From Arenicellaceae bacterium (GTDB lineage: Bacteria; Pseudomonadota; Gammaproteobacteria; Arenicellales; Arenicellaceae), in contig JAQWNC010000015.1 in assembly GCA_029246505.1 (NCBI GenBank), forward strand, positions 147,662 to 211,661: DNA of 64,000 nucleotides. The letters run 5' to 3'. The translations under genes were made by a program, and so were the position numbers. The stretch's first letter is position 1. Each line of letters starts with the position of its first letter. This document shows, one piece after another, positions 40,719-51,669 of the stretch. The notes below the pieces were generated by a model. That model did no database searches, had not been told where the DNA came from, and saw only the letters and a list, made by a program, of their open reading frames with translations.

Positions 40719-42422
40719 ATGGAAATACAAAGAAATATTTTAATTGTTACATTAGTAGCACTATCTTTCGTTTTATATCAGCGTTGGCAAGTGTTTCAAC
40801 AAGAGTACATGTTGGAAAATATGATGCCAACACAAACGCGAGATTTTCTAACGAATGAAGGTATTCCAGAGGTTTCTGAAATAATAGTTCAAAGAGTTAA
40901 CGACGTTCCGTCTACGCCAGAGCAGGAAAACCTAGCTTCAGTGGTAGAGATTGAAATCGGAGCGGGCAGTGTTCTAAATATCACAACAGATTTAGTGCGA
41001 GCTAAAATTGATACGGTTGGGGGCTCGGTCGTGTTTTTAGAATTAATTGAAGAGCCTGTATCTATAGAGGAGCCTGATATCGGTTACGAACTGTTCAAAA
41101 CACCAGGCACTGCTCGGGCTCAGGACTCATTTGTTGCTAGAGGTGGTTTAATTGGTCGTGATGCAAGTTTTCCAAATCACCACACGGTTTTTCAATCGGA
41201 ATACAGCTCTTATGAGTTGCTTGATGAAACCTTGCGCGTCCCCTTAAGCTGGATAGATGAGCGCGGTGTTGAATATATAAAGGAGTTTATTTTTCATCGT
41301 GATAGCTATGTTGTGGATGTTAATTATGTAATTAAAAACACATTAACGAATCAAATTAGTGTTTATCCGTATGCGCAGCTGAGCAGGAGTGAACCCGCTG
41401 AGAATAGCGGCAGTGGGTTTGGTCGTTTACCCAGTTATCTTGGGGCGGTAATTTACACCGACGAAGAGAAATACCAAAAAGTAGATTTTGGTGATATGGA
41501 CGAGGAAAACATAAAAGTTCAAACGTCAAATGGTTGGGCCGCGATGATAGAGCACTATTTTGTTGCGGCGTGGTTACCTCGTCGAGGACAAGAAAAAGAG
41601 CTTTATTCTGCTGTATCAAATTCTGGGTTACGAACGATATACAGTATTGGATATAAAGCATTAGAGCCGACAATTATTGCTGCTGGACAGTCAGGCACGA
41701 TTACAGCAGCGCTGTACGCGGGCCCCAAGGAACAATATAGATTACGGGCCGTAGAGGGGGTTTTAGGCCATGAAGGATTAAATTTAACTGTTGATTATGG
41801 TTGGCTTACCGTAGTGGCAAGCCCATTATTTTGGTTGCTAGAAAACATTTTTAAGGTTGTTGGCAATTGGGGGTGGGCAATTATTTTTCTTACGTTGCTA
41901 ATAAAAGCCGTTTTTTATCCACTATCTGCAGCAAGCTATAAATCAATGGCAGCAATGAAGCGGCTACAGCCTAGAATGGCGACGCTAAAAGAACGTTATA
42001 CAGATGATAAACAAAAGTTTCAGGTTGCTATGATGGAGCTTTATAAGGAAGAGAAAGTGAATCCAGCAGGAGGTTGCTTGCCAATTTTAATCCAAATCCC
42101 TGTTTTTATTGCACTATATTGGGTGTTATTAGAAAGTGTGGAACTTAGGCAGGCGGACTTTGCTCTTTGGTGGAATGATCTTTCATCACCTGACCCATAT
42201 TATGTTCTGCCAGTATTAATGGGGGCTTCTATGTTTTTTCAACAAAAGCTAAACCCAGCACCAATGGATCCGATGCAGCAAAAGGTAATGATGTTTATGC
42301 CGCTCGTGTTGACCTTCTTATTCTTAAGCTTTCCACAAGGGTTGGTTTTATACTGGGTAGTTAATAACTGTCTATCTATTGCGCAGCAATGGTTGATTAA
42401 TAAGCGGGCGGGTGCGCTTTAA
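40719..42422 (+). CDS. yidC: Membrane protein insertase YidC
   Basis: 567 aa. N-terminal TM helix, large periplasmic domain, and a C-terminal 60-kDa IMP core (GWAIIFLTLLIKAVFYPLS, GCLPILIQIPVFIALY). Confidence 0.95.
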   Translation: MEIQRNILIVTLVALSFVLYQRWQVFQQEYMLENMMPTQTRDFLTNEGIPEVSEIIVQRVNDVPSTPEQENLASVVEIEIGAGSVLNITTDLVRAKIDTVGGSVVFLELIEEPVSIEEPDIGYELFKTPGTARAQDSFVARGGLIGRDASFPNHHTVFQSEYSSYELLDETLRVPLSWIDERGVEYIKEFIFHRDSYVVDVNYVIKNTLTNQISVYPYAQLSRSEPAENSGSGFGRLPSYLGAVIYTDEEKYQKVDFGDMDEENIKVQTSNGWAAMIEHYFVAAWLPRRGQEKELYSAVSNSGLRTIYSIGYKALEPTIIAAGQSGTITAALYAGPKEQYRLRAVEGVLGHEGLNLTVDYGWLTVVASPLFWLLENIFKVVGNWGWAIIFLTLLIKAVFYPLSAASYKSMAAMKRLQPRMATLKERYTDDKQKFQVAMMELYKEEKVNPAGGCLPILIQIPVFIALYWVLLESVELRQADFALWWNDLSSPDPYYVLPVLMGASMFFQQKLNPAPMDPMQQKVMMFMPLVLTFLFLSFPQGLVLYWVVNNCLSIAQQWLINKRAGAL

Positions 42423-42445
42423 TCATAAGGAAGAGTTGAGCTTTC

Positions 42446-43771
42446 GTGACTGCCGATACTATTGCAGCAATAGCGACACCATCAGGCGTTGGTGGGATTG
42501 GTGTTCTTCGGTTATCTGGAATTAATGCACACGCTATCGGTAAGGCAATTGCTGGGGAAGTACCCCCTGCAGGCGAGTTCAGTTACCGATGCTTTCAAGA
42601 TTTAAATGGAAATGAAATTGATCAAGGCATAGTACTTTGTTTTTCTTCGCCATCATCTTTTACTGGCGAAGATGTTATAGAGCTTCAGGGCCATGGCGGG
42701 CCTGTTCCAATGGCAATGTTATTGGATGCGTGCATCCAGGCAGGGGCCCGGCGGGCGGAGCCCGGCGAGTTTAGTCAGCGTGCATTTTTAAATGACCGAA
42801 TTGATTTGGCGCAGGCCGAAGCCATCACAGATTTAATTAACAGCGCAACAGAACAGGCGGCGCGTAGCGCGGTTCGGTCAATTAAAGGAGCGTTTTCTGA
42901 TCATGTTCAGGGTCTGGAGCAAGAGTTAATAAGGTTTCGAATGTATATAGAGGCAGCTATTGATTTTCCAGAAGAAGAAATTGATTTCTTGGCGGATAAG
43001 GGTATTATGAGCCGGCTCAAAAACATAAAAACACAATTAAAACAGATACTTGAGCGCGCTAATGCTGGCGAGCTCCTGCAGCACGGAGTACAAATAGCAT
43101 TAGTGGGTGAGCCCAATGTAGGCAAATCCAGTTTGTTTAATGCGCTTATCGGTTCTGAGGCAGCGATAGTTACCGAGATTCCCGGCACGACAAGAGATGT
43201 TATCGCCCAGTCGATTAACCTAGACGGGCTGTTAATACACCTTATGGATACGGCGGGCATACGCAAGAGTGAGGACGTAGTTGAAAAAATAGGGATTGAT
43301 AGAGCGCGGCAAGCGTTGGCTTCTGCTGATTTAGTGCTGGAGCTTCGAGATAGCACTATAAAAAAATCAAAAAAGCTTATTACTAGCGGCACTGAAACAA
43401 ACAAGGTGTTAACGGTTTATACAAAAACAGACTTAATTAATACAGCAAAAACGAGCAATGAAAACGAAATACGGGTTTCTTCAAAAACAGGTCAAGGTAT
43501 TCCTGGGCTCATTCAGCGAATAAAAGAGGAGGTTGGTTTTTCTATTGCAACGGCCAGCGCGTTTAGTGCAAGAAAGAGGCACATAAGTTTATTGCAAAGT
43601 ACGTTTTTAGCGGTTGAGCGAGGAGAAAACGAATTGATAGCTGCCGGTGCGGGGGAGTTATTGGCAGAAGAGCTTCGGTTAGCCCACAATACGTTGGGGG
43701 AAATAACAGGTAAAATGACTGCTGATGATCTGTTGGGCGAAATATTTTCCAGTTTTTGTATTGGTAAATAG
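42446..43771 (+). CDS. mnmE: tRNA modification GTPase MnmE (TrmE)
   Basis: 441 aa with a GTG start. DTIAAIATP, G1 GEPNVGKSS, DTAGIR and C-terminal FCIGK. Confidence 0.95.
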   Translation: MTADTIAAIATPSGVGGIGVLRLSGINAHAIGKAIAGEVPPAGEFSYRCFQDLNGNEIDQGIVLCFSSPSSFTGEDVIELQGHGGPVPMAMLLDACIQAGARRAEPGEFSQRAFLNDRIDLAQAEAITDLINSATEQAARSAVRSIKGAFSDHVQGLEQELIRFRMYIEAAIDFPEEEIDFLADKGIMSRLKNIKTQLKQILERANAGELLQHGVQIALVGEPNVGKSSLFNALIGSEAAIVTEIPGTTRDVIAQSINLDGLLIHLMDTAGIRKSEDVVEKIGIDRARQALASADLVLELRDSTIKKSKKLITSGTETNKVLTVYTKTDLINTAKTSNENEIRVSSKTGQGIPGLIQRIKEEVGFSIATASAFSARKRHISLLQSTFLAVERGENELIAAGAGELLAEELRLAHNTLGEITGKMTADDLLGEIFSSFCIGK

Positions 43772-43809
43772 CATAATTAACTATAAGAAATTAGTCACGG
43801 GAGATAACA

Positions 43810-44334
43810 ATGAAATATTTTTGGAAAAACATCGTTGTAGCGGGCATTTTGAATATTGCGGCCACAGTAGCCCTGGCTCAAAGCCCGGCCGAAAATAATG
43901 CAAATATTAGCGAAATTAATTATCAGGATTGGACAGTACGTTGCGGGCAGGTTGAAGGTACGGGACGAAGCTGTGTTATGGCCCAGTTGGTACAATTAGA
44001 GGAAAGTGGAGAATGGCTAATGCAAGTTAATATTGCTTATATCCCCGAACGAGAAGAACCCGTAATGAGCATAGTTCTTCCGTTAGGCGTTGGCTTACAA
44101 GGCGGTATTAAATTTCAGTTAGGAGAGGCTGATGAAAATTCTAACGTTATGGGTTATAGCCATTGTATTCAGGACGGTTGTTATGTGAACCAACTTCTTT
44201 CTGATGAGGCAATACAAAGAATAACTGATGTTGAATCAGGTAGCGTAACGTTTGTTACTTTACTAGACGAAGCTATTGATGTGCCGTTCTCTCCGCAAGG
44301 GTTTGTTGAAGCCCTTGCGGCCTTGCGAGAGTAA
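43810..44334 (+). CDS. Secreted protein, invasion-associated locus B (IalB)-like
   Basis: 174 aa. Signal peptide ending ALAQS. DWTVRCGQ...SCVMAQ and the paired Cys pattern resemble the IalB family. The assignment is from memory only. Confidence 0.45.
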   Translation: MKYFWKNIVVAGILNIAATVALAQSPAENNANISEINYQDWTVRCGQVEGTGRSCVMAQLVQLEESGEWLMQVNIAYIPEREEPVMSIVLPLGVGLQGGIKFQLGEADENSNVMGYSHCIQDGCYVNQLLSDEAIQRITDVESGSVTFVTLLDEAIDVPFSPQGFVEALAALRE

Positions 44335-44384
44335 TTAGGAAACGATACGACTAGCCAGCATAGGACAAGAAATAAACTAATATT

Positions 44385-44909
44385 CTAATTTGTGGCAATC
44401 GTTACACCAAGCATGCCCAGCATGGTTGAAATGTCCTCAGCAGATGTTGCTGGATTAATGTTGGAATCTATTGCCGTAATTAATCCGTCCACACCGATAT
44501 ATATGGTGTGACGTGAGGCCACGCCTCGGGTATTTAGTACGTCGTAAGCTGACGCTACAACTTTGTTTGGATCACTGAGCAGCGGGAAGTCGGCTTTATT
44601 CTCTTCCGCAAATCCCGTATTTTCCTCTATGGGGTCAACGCTTGCCATAAAGTATGCAGCATCAAACTTTCGGATTAAATGGCCTTTTTCTGCCAAAGAC
44701 TTACATTCAATTGTGCACCCTTGAGTATAAGCTTTAGGGAACCACGCAATAACAACGGCTTTTTGTCCTTTAAAAGTGCTAAGTGTATAAGTCTTTCCGT
44801 CCGACGCCTGCAAAGTAAAATCAGGCGCTATATCACCTACCTCTAATCCAAGTGCGGACGCTGGAAGGATGATAGTGATTACGGCCAGCGCTAGAAATCG
44901 ATTCAACAT
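44385..44909 (-). CDS. Secreted peroxiredoxin (AhpC/TSA, BCP/PrxQ-like), Cys form
   Basis: 174 aa. Signal peptide ending ALG|LEVG. Peroxidatic motif [13 protein letters not shown] (Cys codon at 44715-44717). Collinear with the TGA-containing copy at 15875..16417. Confidence 0.85.
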   Translation of the reverse strand: MLNRFLALAVITIILPASALGLEVGDIAPDFTLQASDGKTYTLSTFKGQKAVVIAWFPKAYTQGCTIECKSLAEKGHLIRKFDAAYFMASVDPIEENTGFAEENKADFPLLSDPNKVVASAYDVLNTRGVASRHTIYIGVDGLITAIDSNINPATSAEDISTMLGMLGVTIATN

Positions 44910-44998
44910 AATAATTCCCCAAATAGTTTTACCAGATTATAGTAAATAATCATCTTTTAGTCTGTGAGCTTAACCAATAATATTAACCAATCCTGCAT

Positions 44999-46759
44999 TT
45001 AGCTGAGCAAAACTTGATTATTAAGTTTTGTATTAAAACGGCCAGAGAGAGTATCGAGCCCTACTGCAAAACCAAACAATAATAGCCAGCCAAGCAATAC
45101 CGATCCTAGAGCCATAGACCATGGTCTTAATGCGGGCTGATATAGATCGCCATCATATAGAAGTATCGGGTCATTTTCATTTGGGTTTGTACGTATAATT
45201 AATTCGTCGCCAATTAACGTTAGTTCAGCTATACCGCTGAGAGCGGAAAGCTTGGAAACATCAAGTGCTAGTGGACCGGTGATCCAAGGGTATTCAATAT
45301 TTAGGTTTCGAATGCGATATGTTCCGGGAGCATCGCCAGGATCGAATCGGAGTTTGTTAATTCGACGCTCCGGAACTATAAACGTCCGTGCTTCCCAGTG
45401 ACCACCATTAATTCGATAGAACATAGAGCTTTCTTCATTAAAGCTACTTGAATCAGTGGTAAAAAATTGGGTTACAACAGGGTGTTCGGAATAAACCTCG
45501 GCCTGAATAGATATTTGGTATTCGAACGGGTGCATAGTGCGGATGACTAAAAATGAGCTGAGAAAAATAAAGACAGCTGCGCTGGTGCTAAATAGGCGGG
45601 ATTTTTCACTACTAGAGATCTGCTTTGCTAAATATTTTCCTAGTCGAATACCCGGTCTTTCAACTAGCAAATAGCCTAAAATGGCGAGGCCGAATGAAGC
45701 TATAAAGCAGATTATATTGTATTGCCATATGGGCAAGTCGAAACCACCCACATAATTAATAACTATCGGGTGCCAAAGGTAAAAACCATAGCCAACTACA
45801 CCAAGTAGTCGTAACCAGGCATTACCCCAAAAGCGAGATTTAAAACTCGCAACACCAAGCACTACGAGCATACAGGCCGGGTAAACAAAATGGCCCATTG
45901 CCCACATCGCCATCCAATCGGTAAAGCCGATAAGTTGGCGATACTGTTCAGCTATGTGAACATCTAATCCAAAACCAAGAATACCGATCAAGCCTAGAGC
46001 TACTAATATTCTTCCTATTTTGGGGCCAATCATGGGCTGAATATGTACTGCTGCCATACCTAAAATAAAGGGCGTGAAATATGGCATACCGCCATTTAAT
46101 ACCATTACCATTTGGCGTTCAAAATACCACCAAACAGGAAATACCAACCCTAATAGGGCAGCCAATCGAACTTTTGGGGTAACCAGAGGAGCTAAACCCA
46201 GAATTATAAAAGGCAATAAAAGGTAAAATATTAACTCTACCTTTATTGTCCATAGATGATGATCACCCATGAGCCCGAGAAGGTGAAGGTTTATCCATAA
46301 AGGATTGATTTCCCCCCAAGGCTGGGTCCAATACATGCTCATGACTATTAGTACAGCGACAAACAGGGGCACTATTCGAAAAAATCGTCGAACAAGATAA
46401 GCGATAAGGGTGTTGCCCGTTGGGAGCGGCTGTTCAATTCGAAGAAAAACTAAATAGAGAAGGTATCCGCTTAGTGTGAAAAACAGCCATACCCCGGCAG
46501 GTCCAAACACTACATATGGGACAGTTTGTAAATGCTGAAGAAAAACCATTATCGCAGCTACCGCCCTAACCCCATCAAAATTTTCTACTAGTGGGCCGCT
46601 TGATGGTTTGTGAGCAATTAACTGATCACGCCAGTAAATTATTGATTGCCATTGGTTTAGCATAGTAAAGCTTGAATTTTTTAGAATGTCTGCCGGAAAT
46701 GAGCAGCTAACCTTACGAGGTTTCGTAAAAAGTGTAAATAGCCCAGAGCGAAGCAACAT
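44999..46759 (-). CDS. Acyltransferase family 3 (OafA/YrhL-like) membrane protein with an extra C-terminal domain
   Basis: 586 aa. About 10 TM helices, with FDGVRAVAAIMVFLQH near the N-terminus as in acyltransferase_3 proteins. This is followed by an approximately 190-aa soluble segment and a terminal TM helix. Confidence 0.7.
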   Translation of the reverse strand: MLLRSGLFTLFTKPRKVSCSFPADILKNSSFTMLNQWQSIIYWRDQLIAHKPSSGPLVENFDGVRAVAAIMVFLQHLQTVPYVVFGPAGVWLFFTLSGYLLYLVFLRIEQPLPTGNTLIAYLVRRFFRIVPLFVAVLIVMSMYWTQPWGEINPLWINLHLLGLMGDHHLWTIKVELIFYLLLPFIILGLAPLVTPKVRLAALLGLVFPVWWYFERQMVMVLNGGMPYFTPFILGMAAVHIQPMIGPKIGRILVALGLIGILGFGLDVHIAEQYRQLIGFTDWMAMWAMGHFVYPACMLVVLGVASFKSRFWGNAWLRLLGVVGYGFYLWHPIVINYVGGFDLPIWQYNIICFIASFGLAILGYLLVERPGIRLGKYLAKQISSSEKSRLFSTSAAVFIFLSSFLVIRTMHPFEYQISIQAEVYSEHPVVTQFFTTDSSSFNEESSMFYRINGGHWEARTFIVPERRINKLRFDPGDAPGTYRIRNLNIEYPWITGPLALDVSKLSALSGIAELTLIGDELIIRTNPNENDPILLYDGDLYQPALRPWSMALGSVLLGWLLLFGFAVGLDTLSGRFNTKLNNQVLLS

Positions 46760-46828
46760 TCCCTTTTACTATAAAAAACAATAGAATACGTCACCCGAAT
46801 AGAAACGCCTGGGAAATTGAGTAAGTAG

Positions 46829-48718
46829 ATGACATCTTCAAATCAAAAGTTTGGCGTTATTGTTGTTGGTGGCGGCCATGCCGGTACAGAGGCGGCCTTG
46901 GCGGCTGCTCGCATGGGCGTTCGAACTTTATTGATCACTCACAATATTGAGACAATTGGTCAAATGTCTTGTAATCCCGCGATTGGCGGTATAGGCAAGG
47001 GCCATATTGTTAAAGAAGTTGATGCGATGGGTGGTGCAATGGCAGAAGCAATCGATCATGCGGGCATTCAGTTTCGTACACTAAACGCGAGCAAAGGCCC
47101 GGCGGTGAGAGCGACCCGCGCGCAAGCGGACAGAGTTTTATATAAAGCTGCTATTCGTAAAATTGTTGAAAACCAACAAAATTTAGAATTATTTCAACAG
47201 TCAGTGGATGATTTGGCTATAGAAAACGATCGCGTTATTGGTGTAGATACCCAAATGGGGCTTCGCTTCCTTGCCGATAACGTGGTGTTAACCACGGGAA
47301 CGTTTCTTGGTGGTGTAATTCATATTGGTGAGCAGAACCTTCAGGGAGGGCGTGCCGGTGATGCCCCTGCAAATGCGTTATCAAAACGTATTCGGGAACT
47401 ACCTTTTCGGGTGTCCAGATTAAAAACGGGCACACCAGCCAGGCTAGATGGGCGGACGCTCAATTATGACGTAATGGAATGCCAACCAGGCGATGACCCA
47501 GTCCCGGTGTATTCGTTTTTAGGTTCGACTGAGCAACATCCGCGACAAATCAATTGTCACATCACGTATACCAATGAAAAGACGCACGAAATTATTCGGA
47601 GTGGACTTGATCGTTCACCAATGTATTCCGGCGCTATTGATGGTGTGGGGCCGCGCTATTGCCCGTCGATTGAAGATAAAGTGGTTCGCTTTGCAGGTCG
47701 AACCTCACATCAGATTTTTGTTGAACCAGAGGGACTAAATACTGTTGAGGTTTATCCGAATGGTATTTCTACGTCACTACCATATGATATACAAGAAGCG
47801 TTTATTCATAGCATAGTTGGATTTGAATCAGCGCAGATCATCCGCCCAGGATATGCGATCGAGTATGATTTTATGGATCCGCGAGATTTAAAGCCCACAC
47901 TAGAAACCAAATTTATTGAAGGTTTGTTTTTTGCAGGTCAAATAAATGGTACTACTGGTTATGAAGAAGCCGCTGGGCAAGGGCTATTAGCTGGGCTTAA
48001 TGCGGGGTTGGGGTCACAAGGTAAGCCAGGCTGGTATCCACAGCGGGATCAAGCCTATATTGGAGTGTTAGTAGACGATTTGACTACTGCTGGCACTCTA
48101 GAACCTTATCGGATGTTTACATCGCGTGCAGAGTACCGCTTAATTTTGCGGGAAGACAACGCCGATTTAAGGCTAACCGAGAAAGCGCGAGAACTTGGTT
48201 TGATCGATGAGCGGAGATGGCAGGCATTTAGTATTAAGCGAGAAGCCATCGAGATAGAGAGAGCCCGGCTATCAAGTTTATTTTTGCATCCGAACACACT
48301 TGCGGCAGCGCAATACACGGATGCAACTACAAAAAATATTAGTCGAGAGGTGAATGCTTTAGAGCTGTTAAGGCGTCCTGAAGTTGAATATGACCTTTTA
48401 GTTGGTCTGGATGGCTTCGGCCCGGCAGTTGACGATCCGCTAGTTGCTGAGCAGCTGGATATTCAGGCACGCTACCATGGTTATATTGACCGTCAAAAAG
48501 TTGAAATTAAAAAAAGACGAAACCATGAACAGACAGTTTTGCCTGAGGACATAAATTATACGATGGTTAAAGGACTGTCGAATGAGGTTAAGCAAAAACT
48601 GACGGATTACCGACCAGTTACAATTGGACAGGCCTCCCGGATATCTGGAGTAACACCGGTATCGATCTCAATACTTTTGGTGCATATGAAAAAGCTGTCT
48701 TTGTCTAAAGTGGCTTAA
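46829..48718 (+). CDS. mnmG: tRNA uridine 5-carboxymethylaminomethyl modification enzyme MnmG (GidA)
   Basis: 629 aa. [38 protein letters not shown] and [11 protein letters not shown]. Confidence 0.96.
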   Translation: MTSSNQKFGVIVVGGGHAGTEAALAAARMGVRTLLITHNIETIGQMSCNPAIGGIGKGHIVKEVDAMGGAMAEAIDHAGIQFRTLNASKGPAVRATRAQADRVLYKAAIRKIVENQQNLELFQQSVDDLAIENDRVIGVDTQMGLRFLADNVVLTTGTFLGGVIHIGEQNLQGGRAGDAPANALSKRIRELPFRVSRLKTGTPARLDGRTLNYDVMECQPGDDPVPVYSFLGSTEQHPRQINCHITYTNEKTHEIIRSGLDRSPMYSGAIDGVGPRYCPSIEDKVVRFAGRTSHQIFVEPEGLNTVEVYPNGISTSLPYDIQEAFIHSIVGFESAQIIRPGYAIEYDFMDPRDLKPTLETKFIEGLFFAGQINGTTGYEEAAGQGLLAGLNAGLGSQGKPGWYPQRDQAYIGVLVDDLTTAGTLEPYRMFTSRAEYRLILREDNADLRLTEKARELGLIDERRWQAFSIKREAIEIERARLSSLFLHPNTLAAAQYTDATTKNISREVNALELLRRPEVEYDLLVGLDGFGPAVDDPLVAEQLDIQARYHGYIDRQKVEIKKRRNHEQTVLPEDINYTMVKGLSNEVKQKLTDYRPVTIGQASRISGVTPVSISILLVHMKKLSLSKVA

Positions 48719-48741
48719 GGGCTTTAGCAGACAGTTTTTGT

Positions 48742-49452
48742 CTAGATAGGAATGAAAACTGCGGTCGCGAGTTTTAACAAATTGGATGGAATCCGCTGAT
48801 TGGAATTACCACCCAAAATATCGACCACTAAGTCCTGGTAGTCAATGATTCGGTTAATTAGGCGGTCATAGCTAATATTAATTTCGCCAGGGCCGTAAGA
48901 ATTTGAAAGCAGCATAAGTCCGCTGTTTGTTAAGCGCTTATTATTTAGTCGCCAATTTGCAATTTCTATATTTCGGGCGGAAGCATAAATTTTTTGCGGA
49001 CTAATATGGTCGACAACAAAAAACTCTTTTTTGTTGTCGTACGACTCCATGATCATGCTTCCCAAACCCACGGTAAAAGCTAAAACACGATCCCCTGTAA
49101 AGTTTTCGTTGAATGCAAGTTCTAGCGCAGAAATTGATGCTGTGCCTCCAAGCTCATTGTGTATCCAATGTGGGCCATTATCACTAAATATCTGATTCAT
49201 TCGTGAAGTAAGGGTTACCGAGGGAGACGCTTTCTGTAATTCTCTTGGGTTCTTTCGATAAAGTTTAAGCATTAACGCTTTTACTGATTCCATCTGACTG
49301 GCTACGACTAGTTCATATGTTTTTCCGGCCTCAGATTTGGCCAGATTTTTGATCTCAAAATCCTTTAAGTCGATAGATGCGCATGAGTTCAATAGCAATG
49401 GCGTTAATAAAATTAACAGTTTATTACTAAAGGAGGAGTAGTTTTTCATCAA
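48742..49452 (-). CDS. Hypothetical lipoprotein
   Basis: 236 aa. Lipobox LLNSC at residues about 20-24. It lies 12 nt downstream of, and co-oriented with, the M13 peptidase gene. No family recognised. Confidence 0.55.
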   Translation of the reverse strand: MMKNYSSFSNKLLILLTPLLLNSCASIDLKDFEIKNLAKSEAGKTYELVVASQMESVKALMLKLYRKNPRELQKASPSVTLTSRMNQIFSDNGPHWIHNELGGTASISALELAFNENFTGDRVLAFTVGLGSMIMESYDNKKEFFVVDHISPQKIYASARNIEIANWRLNNKRLTNSGLMLLSNSYGPGEINISYDRLINRIIDYQDLVVDILGGNSNQRIPSNLLKLATAVFIPI

Positions 49453-49464
49453 CAGGAATTAGCC

Positions 49465-51549
49465 TTACCAAATTTTTACGCGCTCGTTTTCAGGTAGGTA
49501 TAGCTGATCTTTATCGGTAACGTTAAAAGCAGAATAGAATTCAGGAATGTTGCGTACGACACCATTAACCCTAAACCTGAAAGGAGAGTGTGAATCAGTA
49601 GCGATTTGTCGGCGCAAAGCCTGATCACGATATTTGCCTGCGAACCCTTGAGCCCAGCCGATAAAAACTCTTTGTTCGCCCGTAAAGCCATCGATTTCTG
49701 ACATAGGCTTACCTTCAAGCGATATTTTGTAGGCTTTCATAGCTATACCTAACCCTCCAAGATCACCTATATTTTCGCCTAGCGTATATTCTCCATTAAC
49801 TGACAAGTCTCCCAATACGGTGTAGCCACTGAATTGTTCGATTAGGCGGCTGGTTCGCTTTTCGAATTCTTGCCGATCATTTTCAGACCACCAATTCCGG
49901 AGTACGCCATCTCCGTCAAAGGCGCTGCCCATATCGTCAAAACCGTGGCCGATTTCGTGGCCGATCACGCCGCCGATCGCGCCGTAATTGATAGCGTCAT
50001 CGGCGGCTAGGTCAAAAAAGGGGGGTTGGAGTATTGCTGCAGGAAAGACGATCTCATTTAAAGATGGATTATAGTATGCATTTACGGTTTGAGGGGTCAT
50101 AGACCACTCATGTTTAAGTACCGGGCCATTAAGTTTCTCAAGTGCTCGCTCGTGTTCTATGATGGCCGCACGCTGAAGATTGCCAAATAGGTCATCAACA
50201 ACAATATTCAGTTTTGAATAATCTTTCCATATATCGGGGTATCCAATTTTTGGAGTGAATTTGGATAATTTATCTAAAGCTTCAATACGAGTATCAACCC
50301 CCATCCATTCCAGTTGTTCAATACTTTCCTGATAAGCCGAAACTAAATTATTGACGAGCGTCAACATGCGTCCCTTAGCTTGAGACGGGAAGTGCTTGTT
50401 CACGTAAACCTTTCCAACTAGTTCTCCTATTACTCCATTCACCAGCACAACGCCACGTCGCCACATTGGCCTTTGTTCTTCGGTGCCATTTAAGGTAGTG
50501 CTATAGAAGTTAAAATTTTGTTTATCCAACGCTTGTGTTAACGAACTAGCATATTTATTAAGAACGGCCCATCGTAACCACAGTTTCCAGTCTGATAATG
50601 GGGTCTCGTTAAGGATTGAGTCTAATGCGGCCACATAGGTTGGTTGACCGACAATCAGAACCTCAAGGTCAGGTATGCCCGATTCTTCGAGCAAGGCATT
50701 CCAAAGAATTGTTTTACTTAAAACGGTAAGCTCCACACGGGTTTGCGGGTTGTACATTTTGGTCATATCCCGCGTTTCCTCCTTTCGCAGATGATTTTCC
50801 GCTAAGCGAGTTTCAAGGTCTAGAATTGTTTTAGCATCGGAGTTTTTCAGATGGAAGTTTGCAAGAGCAAACATTTTTTCAATATGTTTAACGTAAGCGA
50901 TACGAATATCCGCAAATTTTGAGTCTTGCTCTAGATAGTATTCGCGATCCGGCAGACCAAGGCCGTCTTGCCAGGCATATATACTGTAACGAGTTGGGTC
51001 TGCCATATCAGGGAACATACTAAGCACCAGAGGTGAGCTAATGCCAAGCGTGCCAGCCCAGGCAAAGGTACGAATTAGCGAGTCTAGATCGCTAATTTCA
51101 TTTATCCGTTCAAGAGCAATCTCTAGAGGGGTTACACCAAGTCGTTCGCGGGTTTCCAAATCTAGATATGAGAGGTATAGGTCGCCAACTTTCTGTTCGT
51201 CGGCCCCGTTAGCGGATTTCGTGTTCGCGGCCTCATCGATGATGATGCGCACATCTTCCTGTGATTTGTCTCTTAATAGATCAAAAGTGCCGTAACGCGA
51301 CTTGTCTGCCGGAATTACCGCTCTGTCTAACCAGGTGCCATTTACATAAGCGAAAAAATCGTCTCCCGGAGTGACCGCAGAATTCATATTTTCAATATGT
51401 ATACCAGAGACCAAAGCTTGATCTTTATCGACGATTGACTGTGCGGTAGGTTCCGTAGAAGATGTTTGATTCTCGCCGCACGCTGTAAGCATGATAGAAG
51501 CACAAACAATCAGAATTTGTGAGCGATATGTTTTGTTTTTGGCTTGCAT
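49465..51549 (-). CDS. M13-family zinc metallopeptidase (PepO/neprilysin-like), lipoprotein
   Basis: HEIGHGFDD zincin motif, NAYY and GENIGDLGG. ATG at 51549 gives MQAKNKTYRSQILIVCASIMLTAC (lipobox). The track ORF extends 15 codons further, to 51594. Confidence 0.88.
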   Translation of the reverse strand: MQAKNKTYRSQILIVCASIMLTACGENQTSSTEPTAQSIVDKDQALVSGIHIENMNSAVTPGDDFFAYVNGTWLDRAVIPADKSRYGTFDLLRDKSQEDVRIIIDEAANTKSANGADEQKVGDLYLSYLDLETRERLGVTPLEIALERINEISDLDSLIRTFAWAGTLGISSPLVLSMFPDMADPTRYSIYAWQDGLGLPDREYYLEQDSKFADIRIAYVKHIEKMFALANFHLKNSDAKTILDLETRLAENHLRKEETRDMTKMYNPQTRVELTVLSKTILWNALLEESGIPDLEVLIVGQPTYVAALDSILNETPLSDWKLWLRWAVLNKYASSLTQALDKQNFNFYSTTLNGTEEQRPMWRRGVVLVNGVIGELVGKVYVNKHFPSQAKGRMLTLVNNLVSAYQESIEQLEWMGVDTRIEALDKLSKFTPKIGYPDIWKDYSKLNIVVDDLFGNLQRAAIIEHERALEKLNGPVLKHEWSMTPQTVNAYYNPSLNEIVFPAAILQPPFFDLAADDAINYGAIGGVIGHEIGHGFDDMGSAFDGDGVLRNWWSENDRQEFEKRTSRLIEQFSGYTVLGDLSVNGEYTLGENIGDLGGLGIAMKAYKISLEGKPMSEIDGFTGEQRVFIGWAQGFAGKYRDQALRRQIATDSHSPFRFRVNGVVRNIPEFYSAFNVTDKDQLYLPENERVKIW

Positions 51550-51669
51550 AGCATGGGGCCGGTATAGTGGTTGATGACGGTGCAGTTTATACAAAGGTTT
51601 CTTCAGCGAACAGCCATGATGACCCTCATGTATTGCATATTAGTTTCGAAAATTTGAGGATAGTGAAAG

